DNA of 55,390 bases from Halocafeteria seosinensis (Eukaryota): the NCBI GenBank assembly GCA_001687465.1, contig LVLI01000370.1, forward strand, positions 1 through 55,390. The letters run 5' to 3'. This document shows, piece after piece, positions 38,810 through 51,686 of the stretch. The position numbers and the translations under genes are program-made. A model generated the notes under the pieces. That model was not told where the DNA came from. It worked only from the letters and a program-made list of their open reading frames with translations, and made no database searches. Every line of letters begins with the position of its first letter. Position 1 is the stretch's first letter.

Positions 38810-39461
38810 TGTGCACTTGTGTGGTTTCAGGACAACCGTAAATAATGCTACACCGACACCATAATAGGGCCGTTGTGCGAGTGTCTCATTTGGTTCGTCC
38901 CTCATTACACCACATTAAATGTAAAACTTTCGAACCTTTTAGAGCCGACTCAGTTATGGGAGGATTTCTTGCGCTAAGGGAAAAATACAGAGATCTGTGT
39001 CATGAAAGTTGAGAACGCTGTTGGCAAGGGGATAACCTACGCAAAACAAAGGCACAAACGTGTAACTTGCATAGGCTATTAGACTCGACAGTTGCTGTAG
39101 CATCTGCTTGAAAGCACAGACAATAATCGACATCTGTACTCCACCCTGTCGCTACTAGCAGATGCACGCCGCAGTCACTTGAACAACTACTCCTAAATGA
39201 CTTACCCTCGTTCCTATAACCTCAGGCATGAATGCGGGCTTCTGCATCCAAAGAATGTACTAAACGTCGTAAGCCTATAAGACAAAGCCCTACAGGTTAG
39301 CTAAAGTTTGACTATTTAGATTGCTATTTGCACCCCGATCAGAGAGCAACACGGTTGGCAGTAGTGCGTGAGCCCCAAATTTAGGTGCATTCTTGGAACT
39401 AAACTCGGTAGTGTACTTACATACAATCAAAAAGCAAACAAATCAGCGGAGAGCATACAAG

Positions 39462-42400
39462 CTAGCCGACGAAATAAATAGGTATAACGTCGATCTTGCT
39501 GAAGGTTTTCTGGCATGCTGGACACTTGCGGCTTCTGGATTGCTGGCGCTCTTCAATACATTCTTTGCTAAAACAGTGGCCACATTTGGCCAAGGCACAG
39601 CTTACAAATTTGTCCGGATGAACACTGCAAAATAGCATGCGTCGATATGTCTCTATCTGCCTCTCCTTAGCTCGAGCTTGTTTCTGCTCCTCTGTTGGAA
39701 CCATCCCAGATGCTTGCTCGCGGTATTTCTCAGCCTGCTTTTGAGCCTGCTCTAGTTGCTCTTTCGTATCCTTCAGTTTCCCTTCTAAATTCCTCTTTTC
39801 TGCCTCTAGTTTGCGCTTGCCGTTTTCAGCCTCACTCAATTTCTCAAGTGTAGAGCCCATCCTTTCCACGACACTTTCTACCCTATCTTTTACTGCTTCC
39901 AGGTCTTCATAAGTTGTGTCCTGGTTATCTTGTTCCGCCTTAAGAGTTTCAATCTCGCCTTGACAGTCTTCTAACTGCTGTTGCTGATCCTCCATTACGG
40001 ACTTCATTTCCTTAATATTTCCCTCCAACCGTTCTGAATACTCCTTCTCCTCTTCCAAGGTGTCATCTCGTGTACTCAATTGGCGTTTGGTTCGCTCAGC
40101 ATAATTTTTCCACGTTTCAATTTCTTCTTCGTAATTAGAGATGCGTTGGTCCTGCAAGATGATAACAGAATTAGAAAACATGACGAGTGTTGGCGCTAAT
40201 TGTAGATACAGAAGAGCTGGTCCGAAGGCGAGCACCTCCGCTTCACACCAAGAAGCGCTACAACGAGTTATATCGCATCGTTTCGAGAGGCCAGACGCTA
40301 CCGTTTGCTACAGCGAACGACCCCCACTACGATGCTACACAGCCGTCGTATTTAATATTCTACGTACTTTGTCCTGTAGATGCCGCAGTAGCTCTCGGTA
40401 AGAGCTGAGTAAATTTTCGTATTCGGTAGAAATAGTGTCCACAATGTCTTGATTAGTGTCTCGCTCTTTTCGCACAGTTTCGAGTTCACTCTGAAGGGAT
40501 AGATTGTGACTGTTAACTTTATCCCGCTCCGTACGGTGCTCATTCGCGGTAGTTCGCGCTTCGGACACCTTTCGTTCAGCGGTTTGGCAATCTTCACGCT
40601 GCATCATAAATACATATAGTTTCTCACCAACAGCCACAGGCTGTTTGTTTGTCTTACCATTTTTTCTAACATTTGATAAAGTTCATCCGTGTCAGAAGCA
40701 GCAGCAGTCGATCCCACACTCCGTTTCACATCTTTCTCCCTTTTACGAAGAGTTTCTATAGTTTGATCCCGTTCTTCCAACGTCTTGCTTAACTTTGCAA
40801 TCTTATTCTCCAGCTGAGCGTTATTCTCTTGAACAATCTTGCTACCTTCTGTGGAAAGCTGTTTCCAGTCCTGTTTCAGCTGAGAGATCTGTTTTTGTGC
40901 ATAGTCCAGCATCTTTTCTTTCTCTTCGAGTGTCATTTCGTATTCTTCTTTAAGCGTGACATCTTTTTCCATTTCATTGAGTTGCTCCCTCAAGTCATAG
41001 ATTTCCTCCTCGCGATCCTTAATGATAGAACGAGACTCCTCAATTTGGTTGCGAAACGACCTAGCAACCTTGTTGTAAACTTCTGTCAGCTGCTCTTGAG
41101 ACCATTTGGAATCGCTGCGAATATTCTCCAGTTGCTCCTTCAAAGCTGCTTCTGAACGCTCTGCCTGTTGGCGTCTCCTCTCATTCGCTCTGCCTTGAAC
41201 TTCCACTCGCAAAAACCAAGGGGAGTCTCGGATAATCTCTTCCTGAGTTCCTAGTGCCCTCAGTTCTTGTAGTTCACGTTCCATTTTATTCATGCTATCC
41301 ACAGCCGTTTTCGCTTCCTCCTCCTTCGCAGACAATGTGCTCTTCGTCTTTTCTAGCTCCTCTTCTCTGCGCCGTTTTTGTATAAGAACATCTCTCAGTC
41401 TTCGTTTCAGTTGGCTTCCTTCTGCTGAGGTCACATCCCAATCTTCACCGTCCAGATAGACATCATCAGCGAATGATCGCGCCGAATCACTCCTTTCCTC
41501 CAATCCGGCGGAAGAATTTCCAACCTCGGGAACGTATACTCCGGGATTATCATACTTGATCCTCTCTAAAGCCCGTTCAAGCTTTTGGCAGGTCTCCATC
41601 GACGTCTTTACTTCATCTTGGAGTGCGCAAATCTTATCGGCTAAGCGTGCTACCGTATCAACCGCTGTATCTCTTTCTGAAACAGCCCTGCGCAACCGAG
41701 TCCACAGATCATTAAAAGTGTTTTCCTCATCTATCCCTTCCGAGTTATCCGTATGCTCATCTCTGAGGTATTTCAAGGAAGCAACCAATTGCGTCAGTGC
41801 CTGATTCGTCCTGGAGACTCTCTCTTGCAAGGGTCGTTCTACCTCGCAGCTCTTTACCGGACATGCTTCGTCATCGTGTACTTCCTCCCCGCTTGCGTGT
41901 GCGTGCTGACAGTACTCTTGCCCTTTGGGATTCCATAATTTCAATGATTTCGAGCTATCATTGGCAAACACAAGGCGCTTCAGAATTTCCAAAGAGCCGG
42001 ACTCTGTTTGTTCTGTTGCTGAAAGCTGTTGGTCGGACTGATCATGAGGCTCAAGCAACTTGGTGAGAGCTTGCTGACATTCTTCGGAGACGGGTAGCTG
42101 CTTAACAGCTGAGAAGATATCGTTGTCCACCTGAATAAAATACAACTGATAACACCCAAACAGAAATAAACGATACCATCATGTGAGCACGTACCGTATC
42201 CCAAATCCGCCGTAGCACAGATTCTATGTCTCTAACCCTATCATATCTTCGCTTGTATTTGCGAAGCTGTCTTTCCATTCTTTCCGTCTTCCTCTTATAC
42301 TTGAACATTTGCGTTGCCAGCATTCGGTGTTGATGCTGCAACATGAATTGGTCTGGTTCGCCTTTGCTCCCACCAGCCTTGCTCTTCATTGGCGCCTGAG

Positions 42401-43112
42401 AGCTACTCTGGTAGCTGCTAGACGTGGTAGCTGTGGCGACAGTCGAGCCACTTGTACGCTCCTGGGGACTGCTCTCTGAGGTACTGCTTCTAGCCAAAGA
42501 GTCTGAGCTCGTACCCTCCATAGCAGTGGCAGAGTCCACGATGGAATGAACAGTACTCGACGCAGTGGTGACCTGGGTCTCGGTATTCAGGAGGATAGTT
42601 GTATTTTCGCTTGTAGACTCGGAGGAGGCCCGAGCGGGCACTTCCATGTTGACGTCCTCAGACACAGCACCGCTTCCCGCTGCCGCCTCAGCGCTTGTCT
42701 CTCCTGCTTTCCCCCGGCCCTGTAAAGCGAAACGGAATTCATGGTGTTGAGAATAAACTCAACGAAGCGGCCAAATGTACACATCCCACCCCAAAGTTTT
42801 CTCTTCGGTAGGCGGCAGAAAGGAGCGTCGGCAGAGAATGAGGTTTGGCTGACTTACATCTCCATCATTGTCCTCAATAACATTGTTATCGTCATTGTGC
42901 TGTGGTTCTTCATCGGATTCATCTCCTGTTTGCTGGGTTTTCTGCTGTTTTAGAGGAGGTTCTATGTAGCACTTGTATCCACCGGAAGGGTATGCCCTTC
43001 CTCCCGATGCTGCGCTACTGCTTTGCCCCGTAGAAGCTGTAATATAGGTCAAATACGAGGACACACGGGGCTGTCCCTCCTCCGGAGTCTTGGTATCTTC
43101 GGACGAACTCAT
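39462..43112 (-). CDS. BRE1: BRE1/RNF20-like E3 ubiquitin ligase (coiled coil + C-terminal RING)
   Basis: EPPLKQQK, MLQHQHRMLATQM, long coiled coils, and terminal KCGHCFSKECIEERQQSRSRKCPACQKTFSKIDVIPIYF. Multi-exon. Confidence 0.8.
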
Positions 43113-43919
43113 CCTAGACCACGCTCTTACATCATGATATTACATTGTAATACAACAGAACAAAAAAAGAGACATATGTCTTGACATTATTAATCAATTT
43201 TGCTCGATTCATACGGGCTCTCGGGGCGAAAAATGCCAGTGAATGGAAAGGCAACAATCATTTGTGAGCTTTAACACCGGCGCAGAATGCTCAGTCTTTG
43301 AGGTTCCATAACAAAAACATGGTGTATTGGCTCTACGGAACAATTCCGTCCGAGTATGCACATTCTCAATTGAGCCATAAACATAAATGATCCAGGGATG
43401 AATGGAAAAATATGGAGGATAAACCGTATACAGCGTATGTTGTCAAGTACTCTCGAAGACAGAAAACATTTAGACCACATTGCGTTGTTTATTCACCTTA
43501 CAGGACAGTAAAATTGGCGTTTCGCACCAAGGAGCACGCGGAACAAGCAGCACAAGCTCTAAATGTGGACCCAGAACTTCAGGTTCGTTAGAGACATCAG
43601 CAAGATATGGCGGTATCTTTTCTAGGATCTTCGTCTACCTGTACATTGCTCTATATGTGTTTGTCTGAACGCTACAGCCAAGCAAGGTCACCCGGGACAT
43701 TATTCCCTTAGCTGATGGCAAATTGCAAATGTGAGTCCTGCCCTGGCATCGTTATCTCAGTGAGTATGTGGGGATAATCAGTTGACGTTTCAACTCTACT
43801 ACACAGATCCTTCCGAGCTACCGAGATACGAATGCTAAGATTGGCAGTCTCCTCATTATGGGACTATGCAGGCGTTATCATTCGCACCTTCCGAGAGTTT
43901 GAGTGAGTGCGGCAGACGC

Positions 43920-45212
43920 TCATTTTTTCCGAGATTGCCTACGACTGAAGGAAACTAAATCCAGAACCGGCCTCATCCTCCGCTTATTACTGCTGGACTC
44001 CTTCGAAAGCGGTGTAAAATGTACACTATCGCATTTCATTAAATCATCGGCAACTGTCTCTACGCCAGACGTAGGACGGCTGCTTGGGCGTTTGAGCATG
44101 TCTTTCTGGAACACACGAAGCGAGAGATTAAGAGGCCTTCAAAACGAGTTTTCCCTGAGTTGTACGAACCTTGGTAGTTTGGAACTCTTCCGAAGAAATT
44201 ATGAAACCGATTCCTTCGATACCTGTCAGGACAGCGTCTTTGTCAAGATCAGGTCGTCTCCACAGTGTCGACAAGAAGTTTGCGATCGCCTTTCTCCGCT
44301 TTATCTCGTTTAGAGCCCTTTCCTCGCCTATTCTATCCAGATATTTCCCAAGAGCGTGAAAAGCATTCATGGCCGGAGCTTCAAATGCTTTCAAAGGGTC
44401 TTTTTTACCGCTATCTTCTTCTCCGGAAGTGACAAAACCGAGCGTGAAGACCTGGCGAGAGAGTATATCAATCATAAGTGGCATATCGGTCGTCTGTAGA
44501 GCTTCTTTGTGTGCCCAAGCGTTGGAAAGTATTTGGGCCAGTCCATGAGAAAACTTTTCACACTTGTCTTGCTGCTCCTCCTGTGTGGTAAAAGGAGCAA
44601 GTAGATCTAATATAATTACACGAGAGAGTGGAGGACAGTACGCACCGTCAATGAGGTCGCGTCACACTGTTCAATGTACTCCAAATAACTATCCATCAGG
44701 CGTACGCAACTGCATTTCGTACTAGATTCGGAAATCGAGATCATACATATCCAAACTTGCTGTTACCGCATGAAAGCGTACAGATTGAGTTTGCCATCTT
44801 CCAGTATATACTTTAACGCCAGTTCCTCTCCATCCCATAACGTCTGATCTTGCTCAGTTTTCGGCAGCTCTTTTTCCTGTAGATTTGCATACATCAATCA
44901 GTTGCCAATCCAGGAAAGTGTGTGGGCGACATAATGCACTTACCATGTTGGTAATTTGCGCAATTCGGGACAGAGATTCTGCCGTTTTTATCCATTGCGC
45001 AGTCAGAACGTCGCAGAATACCTGTATTTCCAAAGATTGGGGTATCCATATCAATGAGGCTGCACTATACGCTGCGTATGAAGTCATTGGAGCGTGCAAT
45101 GACGTACCAAAGAGCGCACATTTCTCCGTAAATCTTCCGTGAGCTTCTTGGATAAGTCAGCCAAGCTATCTTCGGAGGTTCTCGTGCTGTATGCAGCTGC
45201 TCGCTCGCTCAT
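43920..45212 (-). CDS. Uncharacterised alpha-helical protein (6 exons)
   Basis: Five canonical introns give an open frame: MSERAAAY...TLWDGEELALKYILEDGKLNLCVRL...NAWAHKEALQTTDMP...RPVLDL. Confidence 0.7.
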
Positions 45213-45568
45213 TTTATGTTTCCTACTTCCGTTTCCACATTGATGATAGAAAGAAAAATATACTGTGCATTCCCCGGAGGAAACCAACAATCCCAACACT
45301 TTTGAAACTCATTGCATTACATTACACCATCGCGCCAAGGAACTGCAATTCAAATCCGGACGACTCAGAGAGCTGGGCCGCCAGCCAATGCTGGTACAAC
45401 TCGTAAAAGAAGGTTGCTCATCGAACTACGTGTGTGTGCCGTAAAGTCATGCATCCCGGTCTAGCCAGGAGTCCCTGTTTCTCAGAGAATGGTTTGCAAC
45501 GGTGGTTAGTTCGAATTGGAAGATTCCAGAATCTGAATTTTCACGTGAACAACTGCGTGCCAACGACT

Positions 45569-45612
45569 CACACACACACATATGTGGCAGATAGCCCACC
45601 GGCCGGGGAGTT
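45569..45612. repeat. Direct repeat copy 1: (CA)n-TATGTGGCAGATAGCCCACCGGCCGGGGAGTT
   Basis: Near-identical to 53890-53932 in the same orientation. Confidence 0.85.
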
Positions 45613-46331
45613 GACCGCATCCTCTTAACGAGGAGCGGTATGCGCCCGTGTTAAGCAGCGACGGGCCCGCTGTGACTCTACTGGGCTGTGTAAGTCTAAA
45701 CACGGAAGAGAAAATATACTGTAGAATTCTTCAGTATTTACGAGGTTGACATGCCAAACCAACACTACTGTATATTGAAACGTGAAGATGGGTGTTAGCG
45801 TGTAAGGAATGCTTGTTACATTCTTTTCGGTAGTTGTGGTTTTCATTTCCCATCCACGTTCCAGTTCACGCTCAATAGGTGTAGAGTGTAGGTAGTTGTA
45901 GTTACTGTAGTTAGAGAGATAATGGTTTGCTACAGTCAGTTTACAGTACTTGGGTTGACCAATAAATACGGTAAAATTATTTATACTGTGGCCCCCCTGC
46001 AATGGCACAGAAAGTGCGGCAGTTTGCTACGGGCTACGCGTATTACAACCATTTGCCAGTTACCGCAGCCCCGACGGCCGTGACTTCAGTGTCTGGAGGC
46101 CGGACTCCGGAGGGCCTCGCTGCCATGGAAGAAATATATCATACGAAATGGGGGAATCCAGTATCCCAAATTCCAAATATTTCTCGTCGGTCTTCCACCT
46201 GTTGAAGCCCCTTGGGTTTCTTCTGGAAGTCAACGCATGAATTTGAGCTCGTACGGGAGATATTCATGCGTCGGTGTGGTCTGCAGATACATCAGTATGA
46301 CATAGGAACACAACACTACAGGTAGGAAACA

Positions 46332-47068
46332 ATGGCGGCCATCGTGGACTGGTTTTACAGCGTGTTGATCTATTTGGGCTTGTACTCGAAACGCTCCAAA
46401 ATCCTTCTTTTGGGGCTCGATAATGGCGGTAAAACAACACTATTACAAATGCTCAAGACACATAAAATGTTGCGGTTTGAACCAACGTGTGGGAAAGAGG
46501 AACTTCAGATAGGCAATGTTGTGTGCATGGTGTATGACCTAGGGGGACACGAAGCAGGTAAGCCCAAGCCCGTGCGTGGTCGTCGGGTACAACTTCACCG
46601 TTGTGTTCCATGGTCAATGTGCAGCCAACAAAGGGGTGGTACACCATTTCGCTGATGCTGATGCTGTTATATACTTAGTCGACAGTGCGGATAGAGAGAG
46701 AATCCCAGAGTCGAAGAAGGGGCTCAATGAACTTCTTTCACATCCTGCCTTGGAAACTGTCCCGTTCCTCATTTTGGGAAATAAAATTGATATCCACCGG
46801 GCATTACCTGAAGAAGAAATGCGAGCTCAGTTAGGACTTGTTCAAGCAACTGGGAAGGAAGGAGCCGCTCTTGATGGACTTCGGCCAATAGAGCTATTCA
46901 TGTGCAGCGCAGCTAAACGATTAGGATATCAACAGGGTATGTCATCTTATATACCAGACGTACGCATACGGTAAACCCAATTTTGCCATCACCGACACGT
47001 GATGTCTTCTTTTACCGGTACGGTGTGGCATGGTTGCAGGACTATCCTGGTTGACGAAGTACTTGTAG
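46332..47068 (+). CDS. Divergent Sar1-family small GTPase (3 exons)
   Basis: Amphipathic N-terminal helix DWFYSVLIYLGL, GLDNGGKTTLL, DLGGH, LGNKID, RPIELFMCS, and C-terminal GLSWLTKYL-TAG. Two phase-1 introns. Confidence 0.9.
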
Positions 47069-48053
47069 AAGTGCACCATGGAGGCCGAAAGCAGTGAAAG
47101 GCTAAGTGGGAAGAACCTCATACTCACAGAGTCAGAGTGTTGGTGAGCGCAGGGGTAGGCAATGCAGGAGGCGACGGCGTGAAGATCCCCCAACTACATT
47201 TCCACTTAGCCGGTAGGCCATAAATGATACACACTACTATCTGCTGGGAAGGACAATGCTCTCAAACAAAAGAGTGAAACTGAAACATTGATGGGGTATA
47301 CGGCACTGAGAATTGAAATGATGAGTTGCCAAGTTCGATTCCCCTTTGAGTACTCTCAGGATCCAGAAGTCTCTTAAGGGTATATGACCGAAGATATACA
47401 AAGTAAAGAAGCGCCTTAATCGTCCTCTCCGCCATCTTCGGATGACCTATCGGCGTCCACAAGGTCCTCTCCCTGCCTCTGCAAATGGTTTACCCACGTC
47501 TGGTCAATACAGCAGTACTTAAAGCCACAATCGATTCCTGCAATACATTAAAGACAGATTACACTAGACCATTGTAAATAGTGTCCTCCAACATCGTCCC
47601 GAACGCAATGAGTGTCGTGCATGCGTACGCCTTCGCACTGAAGTTCGCAGGTATCTATTGCCGAACTTTAGAAGGGAGCACTTCTGACTTCTTATCTCCG
47701 AGATTCTTCCCCGGATTTGTTGATAACCAAAGACATTAGGTCAATCCATTGCTCGTGGGACCCGGACTTATTACAATTGTAGCTACATTCTGTATTAACG
47801 TTTTTCCCATCAGCTGCACGTCATAGGCAAAAGATATCGAGAGTCACTCGTAGTTCATCCAAAGGTTCAGCGTCAGGCAGCGTCATCGGAAAGCTACAAC
47901 GATTTGCTCGGCTGGCCAAAAGTGAAGATGACCCTGAAAATGGACACAGGTATCGATTTCAGGGATCTAGAGAGCCTTATGAATACTTCGTTCAGGAATT
48001 ACGGCAATCTATAAACGTCTGGAGCATCCATCTTTAGGTCCACCTAGAAACTG

Positions 48054-48077
48054 AAAAAAAAAAAAAGAAAAAAAAAA
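48054..48077 (+). other. A-rich tract (about 24 nt)
   Basis: AAAAAAAAAAAAGAAAAAAAAAA is the only long homopolymeric tract I saw in the window. Confidence 0.8.
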
Positions 48078-48153
48078 GATAAATAAATTTATTTAATGTT
48101 GCTGAATCTAGAAGTTATTGAAGGAGCCTTAGAAGCTTTCGATTATAACCGCC

Positions 48154-51100
48154 TCATGTTTCCCCGTTATCATCTTCGTTATCAAGACTTTCATCTGTAT
48201 CTACACTACCAGTGTCGTCATTACTTTCCCAAGCACTATTCTCTGTAATTCTTCTGATACTCATGCTGTCGTCGCAAAGTCTGTTCGACCTCATCAGCCG
48301 TGGACGCTGCAATACCTGAATGATGTCGGCGTCAGATACTCCGAGGTCAGGTTTCCTGATGAGGAATTCCTCATATCCGCGAGCTTCCACTCCTCTCCGC
48401 AAGAATATCTCTGTCTTCCCTTCAACGTCAATACAGTAAACAACAGCATAGAAAGCTCTTTGTGTGCAAGGTCTGATTTGGTTATTTCCGTGCTTCAACG
48501 CCTGCCCCCAGGCGATGTTCACGAGAGTCCTCGCGGCTTGTGTGTTACTGTCATAAGAGCCACGAAGGATTTTGAGCTCTAAAAAGGCTGCCACAACCGT
48601 TGCAATTTGAATAAAAATGTCCAAACGTAAGACACCAACATTTCCGGAATGTCTTCTCTCCTGTCCGAATTTTCTTTCCGATTCAATATTAACTCGGTTA
48701 TCCCACCAGTTCGACCTAAGTTGCATCACAGTAAGGCATTGTGTCTCGTACTCGCACAGTATGTCTGCGTATCCACTGGTTGCAAAGTTGCCGATATTCT
48801 CTTTGGCAAGATACAGCTCCCACAACAAGTGAAAATCAAATGTTTCTGAAATGATTGGTACACCGTGCTGTTTCGGGATTTGTAAAGATCTGAACATTCC
48901 CTCATACAACTTTACATCCAACGGAGCACGGGCTTGTAGGTGAATTCGCATATCTTTTTCTGCTGGCCGAATTCCAATTGAGGAAGTTGGTTCTAAGCGA
49001 AATCGTCTCCCATCTGCCTCCCCATATACTCTAGCAATCCTCAGATACCCATACTCGAAATACAGACGTAGCAAACTCCGAAAATCAAGTGAGCTACTAT
49101 AGCACTTCTCAAACGATGCATTTCCAACAATATCATCCAGGGCTAACTCCCCCCCGAGCAGAGGCTCTAAAATACTTTCTCCTTTCTTGGCCATTGCAAA
49201 GAGGAGTTCACGGTGCGTCTCTCCCCACGATCGGGCCCAAACTTGTTGATCTAAATCAGAAAGCTGTATGGCACGGAGAAAATGATAGACGTCACAGGGC
49301 GCCGCCAATTGTTCAAGGTTCTTGATTTCCTCGTTGGAATGGCATGTGCAAAATTGGTGCCCGTTATATCGAGCTACGAAATAGTCCATTGCATTCTCAA
49401 AGCAGTGCGCGAGATGGGTGACCAATTCACCGTGCCTAGTTTTAGCTCTTTCAGCACCATACGCATCTGAAACCGATACTGGCATACCTTTGAAAGCTTT
49501 TGCTACCTGAGAGCGGGTGACTCCAACAACTCCATGGTAAGCGGACTGATGAGCCACATTGATTGAGTTGAGATACGTCAGCCCAATATTCGCTAGTGAC
49601 AGCAGTGTGACCATAATCGATACTCGCAGCCTGGGTTGCTCTTTCCTTATCGTCCGAGTTAACTTCATGATTTCTTCAAGTTCTTCCGGACAGGCACCAA
49701 TATCAGAGACGGCCACCATGCGGACGTCGCGTCCGGTGAACAGTCGTTTCTGCAAGTACTCGCGGAACGGACAATCAAATTCATCGATTGTGAGGATTAT
49801 ATTCTTTGAAATTTCCTCGGGAAACTCCGCGGCAAGATCACTCCACAACCAAGATAGTCCGTCCATACCAGCAGTAAAAATTTCGCTACATGTAGCATTT
49901 TCCTTACCCACCTCCACCCCCGCCCGGAAGAACGCAGACCTAAGTTCGTTTCGAGCGTTTTCGGCAGTTTCGACTTGTGAAAAGTCAATATGCACCGAAG
50001 GTGATAGCTTCTGTTTGATGAAGAAGTCTCCCTCGGCCAGTGTTTTCACTCGTCCCAGAAACTGACGGTACTGCTCGTCGCCTGGAACGGACATGACCTC
50101 AACTGACATTGTATCACGTACAAAGTGCAAGAGGGTTGTCTTGCCGAACCTCCGGGGAGACTGTACGTGATATGAGTGGCTCGATTCCTCTCTCATTGAA
50201 AATAACTTCCTGTATGCGTCTGTTTTGTCAATGAAGGCGTTATTTATGACCATAGTATGGAAAATTCCCTCAGTACAGCTTTTGACGCCGGCGAATTCGT
50301 ATTCTTGGCGGGGAGCCAGTAGTGCCTCCCTTCTCAACGCGATGATCTGCGTTATTCTCCGATAGAACTGTCAGGCATCATCATAGCACACACACCCCAT
50401 AGAGCGCATGAACAGCGAAAAAATATATGCCTGAAACAGCGACTGCACACCTGATCGTAATAGCTCTCCCCTCGCTTAAAACGCCTTCCTGCAAAGGTAC
50501 ATAGATTTGTCCTTTAATTTTCAGCGTTGACATACCTGTAGATTCGAAGCACGTACATGAGTTGGTGGTAGAAGATAAACATGTACGAAAAAAACACCTA
50601 CTTCTTAGGGGAACAATGAAGAAACGGTTAGGTCCCATGCTCCCTCCTGCAAAGAAAGATCGAAGTACCGGTAATCGAAGGCAATAAGCATTAACAGAGC
50701 CAAGGATATAATGACAGCAGTATCTAATCCTTGAAAGATGTCTAAATTGTGTGAACTTGCAACCCCCAACAACCACCTGATTTGACATACCTTGTGACAA
50801 ATTCGGTACTGAGCCTCCTGCAACCAAATACGAAGCAATATATTGGTATTGTAAAGAATAACGCACTAGCAGCATCTTCCCTATAGAGCATATGGTTCTC
50901 AGTGTTATACCTACCTGTTCGACTTCCAGCACCAGTACTGAAACCTGCACTGCCGCCTGAAAACAAAGAGCATAGCAATACAAGACGGCAGTATGATGAA
51001 GAACGGAAGGACAACACTTACCACACTGCCTCTTATTTTCCTTATACGCCGCCGATGCGAGCAATCGGACCTGGTAGTCCGTGCCTACAGGTCCCTTGAA

Positions 51101-51686
51101 AATTGCTTTAGCTTCATCCAGTGCTGACAAATATGGATCACCCCAGTCAATCTGCAGTCTCTGGATGAGCTTTAATGCTTCGACCTGCTTCGTCGGTGTG
51201 ACACCGACTGTCGGAAGCACTCCTTCCACCCATTTACAGAAGCCTGCAAACTCTTAGGTAAAAGTCTACAGCAGCTATGGAATGCAAAACTTGAAACCCC
51301 TTCTTACTCGTTGGTGTGTCTGTATGTTCACCATGACCATTACTACCATTAGCACTTTGCACCTCGTTAGTGCCACTGGTATTAGCTGACCTCAAATTTC
51401 CTTGGCCATTCTTCTTTTGCTTCTTACTCACATTGGAGGAAGAGGAAGAAGCTGTCTTTGAAGACAGCACATCTCTTTTTCTCCCGCCTGTACTACGCTC
51501 CTTCGGCGCCGATTTTGCTGTACCGCTTCCAGAATGTGTGACTTTTTTGACTTTTCCACAACCCTTTGGTGTCTTGGTCTTTACAGCTTGAGGCTTTCCG
51601 GACTTCTGTCTCTCAGCGAAGCCAACACGAGTACGAGACGCAACGCTGCTCTTACATCCATCATTCGTCTCATTATTCTCCGCCAT
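48154..51686 (-). CDS. AAA-ATPase-like (PF09820-type) + PD-(D/E)XK nuclease protein with a spliced N-terminal header; Crinkler/RHS-like architecture
   Basis: An intronless 2.2-kb last exon with FIDKT, Walker A SPRRFGKT, Walker B ILTIDEFDCP, GVT, YNGHQF and GYLRI, then a nuclease E...E...GVLRLDIF...FLELK. Upstream exons from the ATG at 51686 splice on through several mini-exons whose exact path is uncertain. Confidence 0.8.

Noticed and set aside
50381..51229. 282-aa ORF as an independent gene
   Set aside because: It reads through several evident introns and is better explained as the header exons of the ATPase-nuclease gene.
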